Assembly: GCA_943787445.1 (NCBI GenBank)
Contig: CALSML010000023.1
Span: 2,273 to 66,272 of the forward strand
Reading direction: 5' to 3'
Source: an uncultured Alphaproteobacteria bacterium
Lineage (GTDB): Bacteria > Pseudomonadota > Alphaproteobacteria > UBA6615
DNA: 64,000 nt
This document shows, one piece after another, positions 10,615 through 19,809 of the stretch. The stretch's first letter is position 1, and each line of letters opens with the position of its first letter. The notes under the pieces are model-generated. The model was not told where the DNA came from. It worked only from the letters and a program-made list of their open reading frames with translations, and did no database searches. A program made the position numbers and the translations under genes.

Positions 10615-11769
10615 CTAGTCGCCGATCTCCACCATCTGGACCTTGCCGCGGCCTGCGCCGAGGGCGATTTCGCCGTGTTTCAGGCGCAATGCGTCGTCAC
10701 CGAAGATGTCACGACGCCAGCCCTGCAGGGCCGGGACATCGGCATTGTCATCGGCGGCAATTGCTTCCAGTTCGGCCACGGTGGCGACCAGTTTCTGGGC
10801 CACGTTGTGGGTGTCGCATTTGAATTTCAGCAACACCTTGAGCAGATCCATCAGCGGACCAGCGCCGGACGGCAGATCGACAACAGGCGGCAATTCGGGG
10901 GCTTCGTTCTCCGGCAGATTGCGTCCGGCCTCCACAGCGTCCATCAGGCCGCGACCCATCTTGCCGTCCACGAAGCCCTTGGGAATGCCGCGAACCCGCG
11001 ACAGGGCCTTGGGGCTGTCGGGCGGGCGGGCCGCGATCTGGGACAGCACATCGTCCCGCAGGATGCGGTTGCGTGGCTGATCGCGTGTCATCGCCTCACG
11101 ATCGCGCCATGCGGCGACGGCCTGCAGCACGGCCAGATAACGCGCCTGTGCCCGTTTCGGCTTGAGCCGACGCCAGGCTTCCTCGGGGCGCACCTCGTAT
11201 TTTTCCGGCGCGGCCAGCTTGATCATTTCCTGTTCGACCCAGGCGATGCGGCCGTTTTCCTCGATCCGCGCGCGGAGCTTTTCGTAAGCCACGCGCAGAT
11301 GGGTGACATCGGCGATGGCGTAGTCGAGCTGGGAGTCGGTCAGGGGCCGCTGGGACCAGTCGGTGAAACGGCTGGCCTTGTCGAGGCTGACCTTGGCGAG
11401 CTTGGAAATTAGCCCCTCGTAACCCACCTGATCCCCGAAGCCGGCGACCATGGCCGCGATCTGGGTGTCGAAAAGCGGCTGCGGGGTGACGCCGCCTTCG
11501 TGGTGGAAAATCTCGATGTCCTGAGAAGCCGCGTGCATCACCTTGAGCACGTTTTCATTCGCGATCAGGTCATATAGCGGCTGCAGGTCGATGCCATCCG
11601 CCAGCGGATCGATGATCGCCTCGTCATCCGGTCCGGCCACCTGCACAAGGCAGAGGATCGGCCAGAACGTGCTCTCGCGCATGAACTCGGTATCGACGGT
11701 GATGTATTCGACGCTGGACAGCGCCTCGCAGAACGCGGCGAGGTCGGCGGTATTGGTGATGACTTTCAT
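10615..11769 (-). CDS. rnd: ribonuclease D
   Basis: MKVITNTADLAAFCEAL..., ITVDTEFMRE (DEDD motif I), HAASQDIEIF, YAIADVTHL. ATG at 11769 preferred over the track start at 11838. Confidence 0.92.
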   Translation of the reverse strand: MKVITNTADLAAFCEALSSVEYITVDTEFMRESTFWPILCLVQVAGPDDEAIIDPLADGIDLQPLYDLIANENVLKVMHAASQDIEIFHHEGGVTPQPLFDTQIAAMVAGFGDQVGYEGLISKLAKVSLDKASRFTDWSQRPLTDSQLDYAIADVTHLRVAYEKLRARIEENGRIAWVEQEMIKLAAPEKYEVRPEEAWRRLKPKRAQARYLAVLQAVAAWRDREAMTRDQPRNRILRDDVLSQIAARPPDSPKALSRVRGIPKGFVDGKMGRGLMDAVEAGRNLPENEAPELPPVVDLPSGAGPLMDLLKVLLKFKCDTHNVAQKLVATVAELEAIAADDNADVPALQGWRRDIFGDDALRLKHGEIALGAGRGKVQMVEIGD

Positions 11770-11804
11770 GGCTGCGTTTCTACAGGAAATCATTCGGGGC
11801 GGGA

Positions 11805-11893
11805 AGGCGTGTCCCATGGACGTGGATGGCCGGAACACGTCCGGCCATGACGAATCTTGTTTTGCCCGTCATGCCCGCACTTGTTGCGGGCAT
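11805..11893. repeat. left copy of a ~50-bp direct repeat plus two REP-like palindromes upstream of the GIY-YIG gene
   Basis: 11805-11854 matches 12231-12280 (about 44 of 48 positions by eye). Contains ATGGCCGG-AACACGT-CCGGCCAT (11826-11848), followed by ATGCCCGC-ACTTGTT-GCGGGCAT (11871-11893). Confidence 0.85.
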
Positions 11894-11942
11894 CCACGTG
11901 GTCGATCATGCCGGGTGACACGAAGAGACGCGCGGAGCCCTC

Positions 11943-12230
11943 ATGGCTGGCGGCTGGGTGTACATCATGACGAACAAGCCCAACGGCACTCTGTATGTTG
12001 GCGTGACGTCCGATATGGCACGTCGGGCATGGGAACATCGCGAGGGTGTTGTTGAAGGCTTCACAAAAAAATACGGTCTGAAGCGATTGGTTTATGTCGA
12101 GGCGCATGACGACATTGCCACGGCTATCCAGCGAGAAAAGACCATAAAACACTAGCCGCGCGCTTGGCGCGTGAACCTGATCCTTGAACGGAATCCTGAT
12201 TGGAATGACCTTTACGATACCCTGATCTAA
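11943..12230 (+). pseudogene. small GIY-YIG nuclease-family protein with an in-frame TAG at a conserved Trp position
   Basis: GWVYIMTNKPNGTLYVGVTSDMARRAWEHREG...REKTIKH-TAG-PRAWRVNLILERNPDWNDLYDTLI-TAA. Relatives carry K-W-R-R-x-W-K at this point, so TGG to TAG at 12153-12155 is inferred. Confidence 0.8.
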
Positions 12231-12280
12231 AGGCGTGTCCCGTGGGCGTGGATGGGCGGAACACGTCCGGCCATGATGAT
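12231..12280. repeat. right copy of the ~50-bp direct repeat flanking the GIY-YIG gene
   Basis: AGGCGTGTCCCGTGGGCGTGGATGGGCGGAACACGTCCGGCCATGATGA, starting 1 nt after the GIY-YIG TAA. Contains a slightly degenerate 8-7-8 palindrome (12252-12274). Confidence 0.85.
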
Positions 12281-12413
12281 GGGGCTTAGTCCGTGTTTTC
12301 CGGACCCGACGACGGCCGGGTGGCAGACAGCAACCCTTGACACACACACGCGTTCCATGGCCATTGGCGAGCGCCTGTACACCTTGAAAAACCAACAGAT
12401 TCCGAGAGCCATC

Positions 12414-14205
12414 ATGCATCCGTACCGATCACACAATTGCGGCGAGCTGCGCGACACCAACGCCGGCGAGACCGTACGTCTCTCGGGCTGGGTTCATCGC
12501 AAGCGCGATCACGGCAATCTGCTGTTTGTCGATCTGCGCGACCCCTTCGGGATTACCCAGTGCGTGATCGATACCTCCAGCCCGATCTTCGAGACGGTGG
12601 AGGGCGCGCGGCGTGGAATCGGTGCTGACGGTGTCCGGCCCTGTGGTGACGCGCTCGGACGAAACCGTCAACGAGGCGATCCCGACCGGTCGGGTCGAGG
12701 TGCAGATCACCGAGGTGAAGGTTGAATCTCCTGCCGATGTGCTGCCGCTGCAGGTCAATTCGGATGAAGATTCCGGCGAAGATATCCGCCTGCGCTATCG
12801 CTATCTGGACCTGCGCCGGGAAAAGGTGGCCCGCAACATCATGCTGCGCTCGGATGTGATCTCCTCGATCCGCCGCCGGATGATCGAAGGTGGCTTCAAG
12901 GAGTTCCAGACACCGATCCTGACCGCGTCCTCGCCGGAAGGCGCTCGTGACTATCTGGTGCCCTCACGTTTGCATCCGGGCAAATTCTACGCGCTGCCTC
13001 AGGCCCCGCAGCAGTTCAAGCAGCTGCTGATGGTGGCGGGCTTCGACAAGTATTTCCAGATCGCGCCGTGTTTCCGCGATGAAGACGCCCGGGCGGACCG
13101 CTCGCCCGGCGAGTTCTATCAGCTCGATTTCGAGATGGCCTTCGTCACTCAGGAAGATGTGTTCAACGCCATCGAACCGGTGATTGCCGGTGTGTTCGAG
13201 GAATTCGCGGGCTTTAACCGCGAGACCCCGTGGCCGGTGACATCAACACCGTTCCCGCGCATTGCCTATGCGGATTCGATGCTGAAATACGGCAACGACA
13301 AGCCCGATCTGCGCAACCCGATCATCATTGCCGATGTGCCCGAGGTGTTTGCAGGTTCGGACTTCAAGATTTTCTCAGGTTTGGTGGAAAAGGGCGGCAC
13401 GGTCCGCGCGATTCCCGCACCGGGCGGCGGCGCACAGCCGCGTAGCTGGTTCGACAAGCTGAATGACTGGGCCCGTGACGAAGGCGCGCCGGGGCTGGGT
13501 TACATCATCTTTGAAAACGGTGAGGGTAAGGGCCCCATCGCCAAATTCATCACCGGGGAACGCCTCGACGCCCTGAAGGCTGCCACCGGCGCCCAGGACG
13601 GGGATGCGGTGTTCTTCTCGGCGGGCGATGCCCTGACCGCGGCCGATCTGGCCGGCAAGGCGCGCACCCGGATCGGCGAAGACCTCGATCTGATCGCGCA
13701 GGGCCGGTACGACTTCTGCTGGATCGTCGATTACCCCATGTTCGAAGCCGACAAGGACTCGGGCAAAATCGAGTTCTCCCACAACCCGTTCTCTATGCCC
13801 CAGGGCGAGATGGAAGCGCTGGAGACCATGGATCCCCTCGATATCTTGGCTTACCAGTACGACATCGTCTGCAACGGCATCGAGCTTTCATCGGGCGCCA
13901 TCCGGAACCACCGCCCGGATATCATGCTGAAAGCCTTCGAGATTGCCGGTTATGACCGCGACGTGGTCGAGACCGAATTCGCGGGCATGTTCAACGCCTT
14001 CCGCTTCGGCGCTCCGCCCCATGGTGGCTCCGCACCGGGCATCGACCGCATTGTCATGCTGCTCGCCGACGAGCCCAACATCCGCGAGGTGATCGCCTTC
14101 CCGATGAACCAGCGCGCCGAAGACCTGATGATGAACGCGCCGGCCGAAGTGCCCGACGAGCGCCTGCGGGAACTTCACCTGCGCAAGGTGCTGCCGAAGG
14201 CTTAG
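12414..14205 (+). pseudogene. aspS: aspartate--tRNA ligase, frame broken once near the N-terminus
   Basis: [13 protein letters not shown]...[19 protein letters not shown] (frame of ORF 12252..12725) joins [19 protein letters not shown]... (ORF 12613..14205). Class II motifs [22 protein letters not shown] and [14 protein letters not shown]. Shift within GGCGCGCGGCG at ~12603-12613. Confidence 0.92.
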
Positions 14206-14230
14206 GTTTCATAGGCCCGTCTGAACTCGA

Positions 14231-14590
14231 CTAGAACGGCGTTTTCCCAAGCGCGAGACAAAGAAAAAGTAGAGTGCCCAAAACAGGGATTGGCAACAAT
14301 GTGTAGTTGGCATTCGGCAAGAATTCGAACCCGCTAGCGAGGGTGTTGTATTCATGTTTCTCTGGTAGCCGGTTCAGTGCGCGCACAACGAGGCAAGTGG
14401 TTCGTATGATCGCGAGGCTCATGAGTGCAGATATTGCAAAGCCGGTCCACAAGGCCATGTCTTTGAATGGTTCGGTCACTTCGAATGCGCCAATAAGGTA
14501 GACCGGCGAAAACACCATATAGAAATTGATCCTGTCCTTCAGGAGTGTTTCCAAATGTTTGCGTTCGGTATCGAGATCGGTGTCGCTCAT
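14231..14590 (-). CDS. hypothetical membrane protein (lower-G+C orphan)
   Basis: 119-aa ORF with 3 predicted hydrophobic helices; no recognisable motif; visibly AT-richer than flanks. Confidence 0.55.
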   Translation of the reverse strand: MSDTDLDTERKHLETLLKDRINFYMVFSPVYLIGAFEVTEPFKDMALWTGFAISALMSLAIIRTTCLVVRALNRLPEKHEYNTLASGFEFLPNANYTLLPIPVLGTLLFLCLALGKTPF

Positions 14591-14725
14591 TTATTCCCCC
14601 GTTTAATGCAACAGACTATGATGACAGGGCTGAATTCAGCTTTGCCAAGATAATATTTCAGGTTGTGCAATCTAGGGCGGTAGCCCGGTGTGCACATTTT
14701 GGCCCTTGAAATTGGAGACTTTAGG

Positions 14726-15289
14726 ATGACCGCTGCACCCACGCCCAGACTTGCACATATGGGGCTCTTCACCCGGGATATCGCGCCGATGCTCGATTTC
14801 TACACCGGGCCCATGGGGCTGACGATCACCGATGAGGGCACTTATGGTGATCCGCCCTCGCGGATCGTGTTCATGTCGAATGACCCTCATGAGCACCACC
14901 AGTTCGTGCTGGTGCAGCCCGGGGATGCGCCGGACGCAGAGGCGGAGGGCAAGTTCATCGCCCAGCAGATTTCGTTCCTGGTGGATACGCTGGAAGACTT
15001 GCAGGCGCTGCATGCACGGGTCACCGGCGCGGGGCAGGAGATCGGCCGGGAGATCACTCATGGCAATGCCTGGTCGTTCTATTTCCACGATGTCGATGGC
15101 AACCGGATCGAGTGCTACACCCATACGCCGTGGTACGTGCCCCAGCCCCATGCCCATGCGATGGATCTGACCCAGCCCGCCGATGCGGTGCGTGCGCTGA
15201 CCGAAGAGCATTGCCGCGCCACGGACGGTTTCATGGTGGCCGAGGAGTGGCGGGCGAAGATTTCGGTGAAGATGGCCGCCAACGCCTAG
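14726..15289 (+). CDS. VOC (glyoxalase/extradiol dioxygenase-like) family protein
   Basis: ATG 14726 preceded by GGAG; LAHMGLFTRDIAPMLDFYTGPMGL and FYFHDVDGNRIE are typical VOC beta-alpha-beta-beta-beta elements. Confidence 0.8.
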   Translation: MTAAPTPRLAHMGLFTRDIAPMLDFYTGPMGLTITDEGTYGDPPSRIVFMSNDPHEHHQFVLVQPGDAPDAEAEGKFIAQQISFLVDTLEDLQALHARVTGAGQEIGREITHGNAWSFYFHDVDGNRIECYTHTPWYVPQPHAHAMDLTQPADAVRALTEEHCRATDGFMVAEEWRAKISVKMAANA

Positions 15290-15356
15290 TTCTGCCGCGG
15301 CCTGACCGATAAGGTGCCGCCGTTGTTTACAATATTTTCCGGATTGGGTTTGCGCG

Positions 15357-16166
15357 ATGAACATTGAACTGAATGGCATCAACTTTCGGTATGAGATTGA
15401 TGGGCCTGCGGACGGCGAAAGTGATGCGCCGTGGATCATGTTCTCGAACTCCCTGACCACGGACGTCGCCATGTGGGATGGGGAGGTCGCGCAGCTCAAG
15501 GACCGGTATCGCATCCTGCGTTACGATACCCGTGGCCACGGCCAGTCCGGATCGTCGTCGGGGCCTTACAGCTTCGCGATGCTTGCCGAGGATGCGGTCG
15601 CGCTGATGGACCATGTGGGGATCGGCAAGGCACATTTCGTGGGACTGTCGCTGGGCGGCATGACCGGCCTCTATATGGCGATCCACCATGCCGAGCGGCT
15701 GCTGAGCCTGGCGTCCTGCGATGCGCGGGCCTGGTCGCCGCCCGACTATATCGACGCCTGGGTCGGCCGCATGGCCGTCGCCCGTGAGAAGGGCATGGAA
15801 GCGCTGGTCGAGCCGACCATCGAGCGCTGGTTCACCGCGCCGTTCCGGGCCGACCCGGCGAGTGCGCCGGTGCTCGACGCCGTGCGCGAGATGATCCGTG
15901 AAACTGCTGTCGACGGCTATAACGGCTGCGCCGAGGCCCTGCGCGCCCATGATGAACGTGCGGGGCTGGCGGGCATTTCCATGCCATGCCTGTTCATGAC
16001 CGGCAGCGAGGACACCTCGACCCCGCCCGAATGTGCGCAGGAGATGGCTGCGGCGGTGCCGGGTGCGGAATGTGTGATCGTCACGCCGGCCTCGCATATT
16101 TCCAACATAGAAAACCCGGATGTGTATGACGCGGCACTGTTCGCGCATCTGGAACGGGCGGCCTGA
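15357..16166 (+). CDS. alpha/beta hydrolase, 3-oxoadipate enol-lactonase-like
   Basis: 269-aa ORF; RYDTRGHGQS, nucleophile elbow GLSLGG, C-terminal ASHISNIE. Confidence 0.8.
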   Translation: MNIELNGINFRYEIDGPADGESDAPWIMFSNSLTTDVAMWDGEVAQLKDRYRILRYDTRGHGQSGSSSGPYSFAMLAEDAVALMDHVGIGKAHFVGLSLGGMTGLYMAIHHAERLLSLASCDARAWSPPDYIDAWVGRMAVAREKGMEALVEPTIERWFTAPFRADPASAPVLDAVREMIRETAVDGYNGCAEALRAHDERAGLAGISMPCLFMTGSEDTSTPPECAQEMAAAVPGAECVIVTPASHISNIENPDVYDAALFAHLERAA

Positions 16167-16357
16167 CCGGACGGCCTCATTGGCCGGCCTCACGGGCGGA
16201 CTGTGCCTGGGGGATTGCGCGGGTTTTGCCCAATCCCCTAAAACTTTCCCAATTCTTAACGCTCCCATAAGCCTGCCACCGGCATCGTGGTGGAATACGG
16301 CGTGCTGTGTGGACGTCGGTCAGGCAATCGGCGCGTTGCGCGCAGTTTGGGAGAGAG

Positions 16358-16978
16358 ATGATGGCGGGTCCGGAATCATTGGCGCGGGCGGTGTTTACCG
16401 GGGCGGGGATCGCCCTGGGCGTGGTGATGTTGCTGCACGGGACGGGCGCGCTGGCGCAAACGGCCGGCGCGACCCACACCACCCACACCACCCAGATGAG
16501 CGCGAACAGTCCTCTCGCTCCGGTGCGGACACCCGGTCAGGCCGCTGACAGCGCCTTTGATGTCCCGACATTAACCGCCTTTGTGCAGGCCGCCCGGCAG
16601 GTGGGGGCCCTGCGCGACAAGTATATGCCCCGGGTGACGGCGGCGAATATCGCCGAGCGCACCGAACGTGCCGAAGCCCTGTTTGACGATATGCGGGCGC
16701 GCATGCACGACGCGATTGGTCAGGCCGGGATTTCGGTTGAAACCTATGAAGCGATCACGAAGCAGTCGGCCGAAGATGCCCGTTTGCGTGCGCGGATCGA
16801 AGGCATTCTGTCCGGTGAGGGTGGTGATCCGGTCGCCGGTCAGGGTGCCCGGCGCAGCGAGGAGGCAACCCCTATGGCCAGGGCCCGGCAGGCGATGGAC
16901 CAGGCGGCGGCCCATCGGGAGGTCGAAGCCCTGCAGGACCGGCTGGCGGACATGGAAGCACGACTGCGGGAGACCTAG
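16358..16978 (+). CDS. secreted DUF4168-like protein (ends at an in-frame TAG; see findings)
   Basis: ATG 16358 after GGGAGAGAG; signal peptide ...GTGALAQT; LTAFVQAARQVGALRDKY...AGISVETYEAITKQSAEDARLRARIEGIL matches the DUF4168 pattern from memory. Confidence 0.7.
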   Translation: MMAGPESLARAVFTGAGIALGVVMLLHGTGALAQTAGATHTTHTTQMSANSPLAPVRTPGQAADSAFDVPTLTAFVQAARQVGALRDKYMPRVTAANIAERTERAEALFDDMRARMHDAIGQAGISVETYEAITKQSAEDARLRARIEGILSGEGGDPVAGQGARRSEEATPMARARQAMDQAAAHREVEALQDRLADMEARLRET

Positions 16979-17206
16979 CGCCGCGCGGCGGCGGACACCG
17001 ATGCCCTGAAAACCCGGCACCGGGCAATGGTCGTCCGACTGGAAGCCCAGCTGGCCGCGCGCCCTTCGGTGGATGACGCGCTGTCGGCCCGCCAGGCGAT
17101 CGCGGACGCGTAGATGTCGCAATTCCGGGTCGAGACCCGGGTGGCCGCTGCACGCGATGTCCTGCGGCGGGACATCAACCAACTTACCTAGGCCCTGAGC
17201 AGGGCT

Positions 17207-17938
17207 GTGACGTCGCTGGAAACGCTCGGGCGTGATCTGGGGTCCGAAGGCCCTGTCGGGGTTGCACAACCCTTCGCACGGCTGGATCCCGAGCCGGTGC
17301 TCTTTGCGGGCAGTGCTTCGGGGCTGTCGCGTGGACTGGCGACCCTGCAACCGAATGCGGTGATGCAGGCACGGCTTGAGGCGGCGCAGAGCCGCAATCT
17401 GGCGCTGCGTGACAGTTTCGCGACCCGGCGGGCGATGCTGGGCCGGGAGATTGCGCGGATTGCCGATGATCTTTCGGTGGCGACCGATTCACTCGCCGGG
17501 CTGGAGGCATCGCTGGCATCGGTGGCGGATGGTCCGATACCGGATGTCGCGCTGGATGGTGCGGTGGATGGTGAAATTGATACCGAGGTGAAAACCGAGG
17601 TGGATAGCGCGCTGCTGGCGGGGCCGGCACCGGATGTCGTCTCCGCACCCGAAACGCAGCCGGAAGCGGTGGCGGTCGACGCAAATGCGCTGGGTGCGGG
17701 CAAACGCGCCTATGCCGCCCGGGATTATGCCCGGGCCTATGCGCTCTGGCGACCGCTGGCCGAAGCGGGCACGCCCATGGCGCAGTTCCATCTGGGCGCG
17801 CTGTATTTCGAAGGCCGGGGCGTGCCGCGGGACCTGAGCCAGGCTCGGACCTGGCTGAACCGGGCGCTGGGCCAGGGGGTCGAGCGTGCACGGTTTCTGC
17901 TGAGCCGGGTGGAGAAAGGCCTCGCCCGGGCCGGGTAA
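17207..17938 (+). CDS. coiled-coil / Sel1-repeat protein (same frame as 16358..16978)
   Basis: 243-aa ORF (GTG start in track); C-terminal Sel1-type repeat MAQFHLGALYFEGRGVPRDLSQARTWLNRA. True start uncertain. Confidence 0.7.
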   Translation: MTSLETLGRDLGSEGPVGVAQPFARLDPEPVLFAGSASGLSRGLATLQPNAVMQARLEAAQSRNLALRDSFATRRAMLGREIARIADDLSVATDSLAGLEASLASVADGPIPDVALDGAVDGEIDTEVKTEVDSALLAGPAPDVVSAPETQPEAVAVDANALGAGKRAYAARDYARAYALWRPLAEAGTPMAQFHLGALYFEGRGVPRDLSQARTWLNRALGQGVERARFLLSRVEKGLARAG

Positions 17939-17988
17939 CCGCTCATTTTTTTCACAGACTTGCCGCATTTTGCGGGCAAACTCATGAC

Positions 17989-18483
17989 ATGGGATGGGCA
18001 TGGGCAAAAATCGTGGCGCTGATCGGTGCCGGTGTGGCGGCGGTCTTTGCGGCTGGCAGCGCACACGGGCCCGCTTTTGTGCAGGCCTATCTGCAGCGGC
18101 TGGGCGGTCATATCGATGAAGCCCGGCGCACCGTGGGCGAATTGCGCGATGGCGCAACCGCCCGTGTGGTCCCCGATGACGGGTCGCGCGAACGGCTGGT
18201 GGAGGCTTTTGGCGCGCGGCTGAGTGATCTGGAGGCCAGCCGCGCCGCGATCACCGAAGCCCATCCGCTCTGGCGCCCGGTGGTAACGGGCCTGCAGGCC
18301 GACCGGGAGATCGCTCAGGCGACCCTGGAGGCCTTCACCCCGGCCATGCCGCTAGATTTTGCCAGCCTTGTTTACGCCGCCATCGGGCTGGCGCTGGGCT
18401 GGGCCGTCTGGGAACTTCTCCAGTGGCCGGTGAAGGCCCGGATCCGCAGGCGGCGCAAGCAGCGATTACGGCGGGGCTTCTAG
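17989..18483 (+). CDS. DUF2937-like membrane protein
   Basis: 164-aa ORF with N- and C-terminal TM helices; FVQAYLQRLGGHIDEA resembles the DUF2937 signature (from memory). Confidence 0.65.
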   Translation: MGWAWAKIVALIGAGVAAVFAAGSAHGPAFVQAYLQRLGGHIDEARRTVGELRDGATARVVPDDGSRERLVEAFGARLSDLEASRAAITEAHPLWRPVVTGLQADREIAQATLEAFTPAMPLDFASLVYAAIGLALGWAVWELLQWPVKARIRRRRKQRLRRGF

Positions 18484-18550
18484 CGGTGGTCATCTGTGCA
18501 TGGCTGCCCTATATCTCGCGCAACACAACAAAACATCAGGGGAGCAGATC

Positions 18551-19534
18551 ATGCGCGCAGCATTCTACGACACACTCGGACCGGCTAATGAGGTCCTGAC
18601 CGTTGGCGAACAGCCCACACCCGAGCCCGGGCCGGGTGAAGTGCGCGTGAAACTGCAGACATCGGGTGTGAACCCGTCGGACTGGAAGGCCCGTCTGCGC
18701 GGCCGCGGGGGTGCGATTCCGTTTCCGCTGATTATTCCCCAGAGCGATGGCGCCGGGGTGATCGACGCGGTGGGGGACGGCGTGGATGCCGGGCGTGTCG
18801 GCAAGCGGGTCTGGCTGATGAACGGCCAGTGGATGCGCCCCTTCGGCACGGCGGCGGAATATATCTGCACCGGCTCCAAATATGTGATCGACCTGCCGGA
18901 CGGTGTTGCTATGGCCGAAGCGGCCTGTTTCGGCATTCCGTTCCTCACAGCCCACCGCGCGGTGATGTTCGATGGACCGGTCGACGGCCAGACCATTCTG
19001 GTGCAGGGCGGGGCCGGCGCGGTCGGTCACCACGCTATCCAGGTGGCGAAAGCCAACGGCGCGCGGGTGATCACCACGGTCAGTTCCGATGAGAAGGCCG
19101 CCTATGTGCGCGAGGCCGGTGCGGACGAGGTGGTGAATTATCGCACTGAGGATGTGCCCGAACGCATTCTGGCCATGACCGACGGCCAGGGGGCGGACCG
19201 TATCGTCGAATTGAACATCTCGGCCAATGCGCCGATGTATGGCCAGATTCTGGCACCCCGGGGCACGGTGATCGTCTATGGCACGAACGACTTCATGGCG
19301 AGCGTGCCAGCGCAGGATTTCATCGTCAAATGGGCCTCGCTGAAATGGTTCATCGTCTATTCGATCGACGATGCCCAGCGCTATGAAGGCGTGGCGGCGC
19401 TGAACAAGATGCTCGCCGATGGCACCCTCAAGACGACCATTGCCCAGCGGTTCCCGCTCGATGACATCGTGGCCGCGCACGAGATGGTGGAAGCCGCCAA
19501 GCATATGGGCAATGTGGTGCTGGATATCGGCTAG
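18551..19534 (+). CDS. NADPH:quinone reductase-like medium-chain dehydrogenase
   Basis: ATG 18551 after AGGGGAG; GEVRVKLQTSGVNPSD and GGAGAVGHHAIQVAK (dinucleotide fold). Confidence 0.88.
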   Translation: MRAAFYDTLGPANEVLTVGEQPTPEPGPGEVRVKLQTSGVNPSDWKARLRGRGGAIPFPLIIPQSDGAGVIDAVGDGVDAGRVGKRVWLMNGQWMRPFGTAAEYICTGSKYVIDLPDGVAMAEAACFGIPFLTAHRAVMFDGPVDGQTILVQGGAGAVGHHAIQVAKANGARVITTVSSDEKAAYVREAGADEVVNYRTEDVPERILAMTDGQGADRIVELNISANAPMYGQILAPRGTVIVYGTNDFMASVPAQDFIVKWASLKWFIVYSIDDAQRYEGVAALNKMLADGTLKTTIAQRFPLDDIVAAHEMVEAAKHMGNVVLDIG

Positions 19535-19699
19535 GCCATCGGCGGCCGCCCCGGGATTTGGATATGCCGGAAGTTAATTTGTAACCCTTTGAAAAATATC
19601 AATAAAATTATGGTTTCTTGACTCCCGGCGGGTTCCGGTTAATCCGTTGTTTTTAAACGATGATCATGGTTATCGAATAGCCCAAAGGAAACAACAAAA

Positions 19700-19751
19700 C
19701 CCATAAAGTTGAATGAATCTAGTATTTTATGGGCTTGTTTTCATTTTTCGC
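19700..19751 (+). terminator. hairpin plus T-rich tail (possible terminator or attenuator)
   Basis: CCCATAAA-N18-TTTATGGG (19700-19733) followed by CTTGTTTTCATTTTT. AT-rich stem, so weak. Confidence 0.3.
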
Positions 19752-19809
19752 TTCCCAAATCGAGTCGCACCCGTTCATTGTCCCCTTGAGACGAGCAGGA
19801 GACTGGGTA

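Noticed and set aside
16472-16494. 9-nt microrepeat ACCCACACC x2.5
   Set aside because: It simply encodes a Thr-His repeat (THTTHTT) in the signal-peptide-proximal linker of the DUF4168-like protein. It is too short and too regular to be a CRISPR or other array.
19570-19665. CtrA-box-like (TTAA-N7-TTAAC) and DnaA-box-like words in AT-rich spacers (also 23805-23825)
   Set aside because: The spacings do not fit (TTAATTTGTAAC has N4; TTAATCCGTTGTTTT lacks the second TTAA; TTATCCAT is only a partial DnaA box). This is no better than chance in AT-rich DNA.
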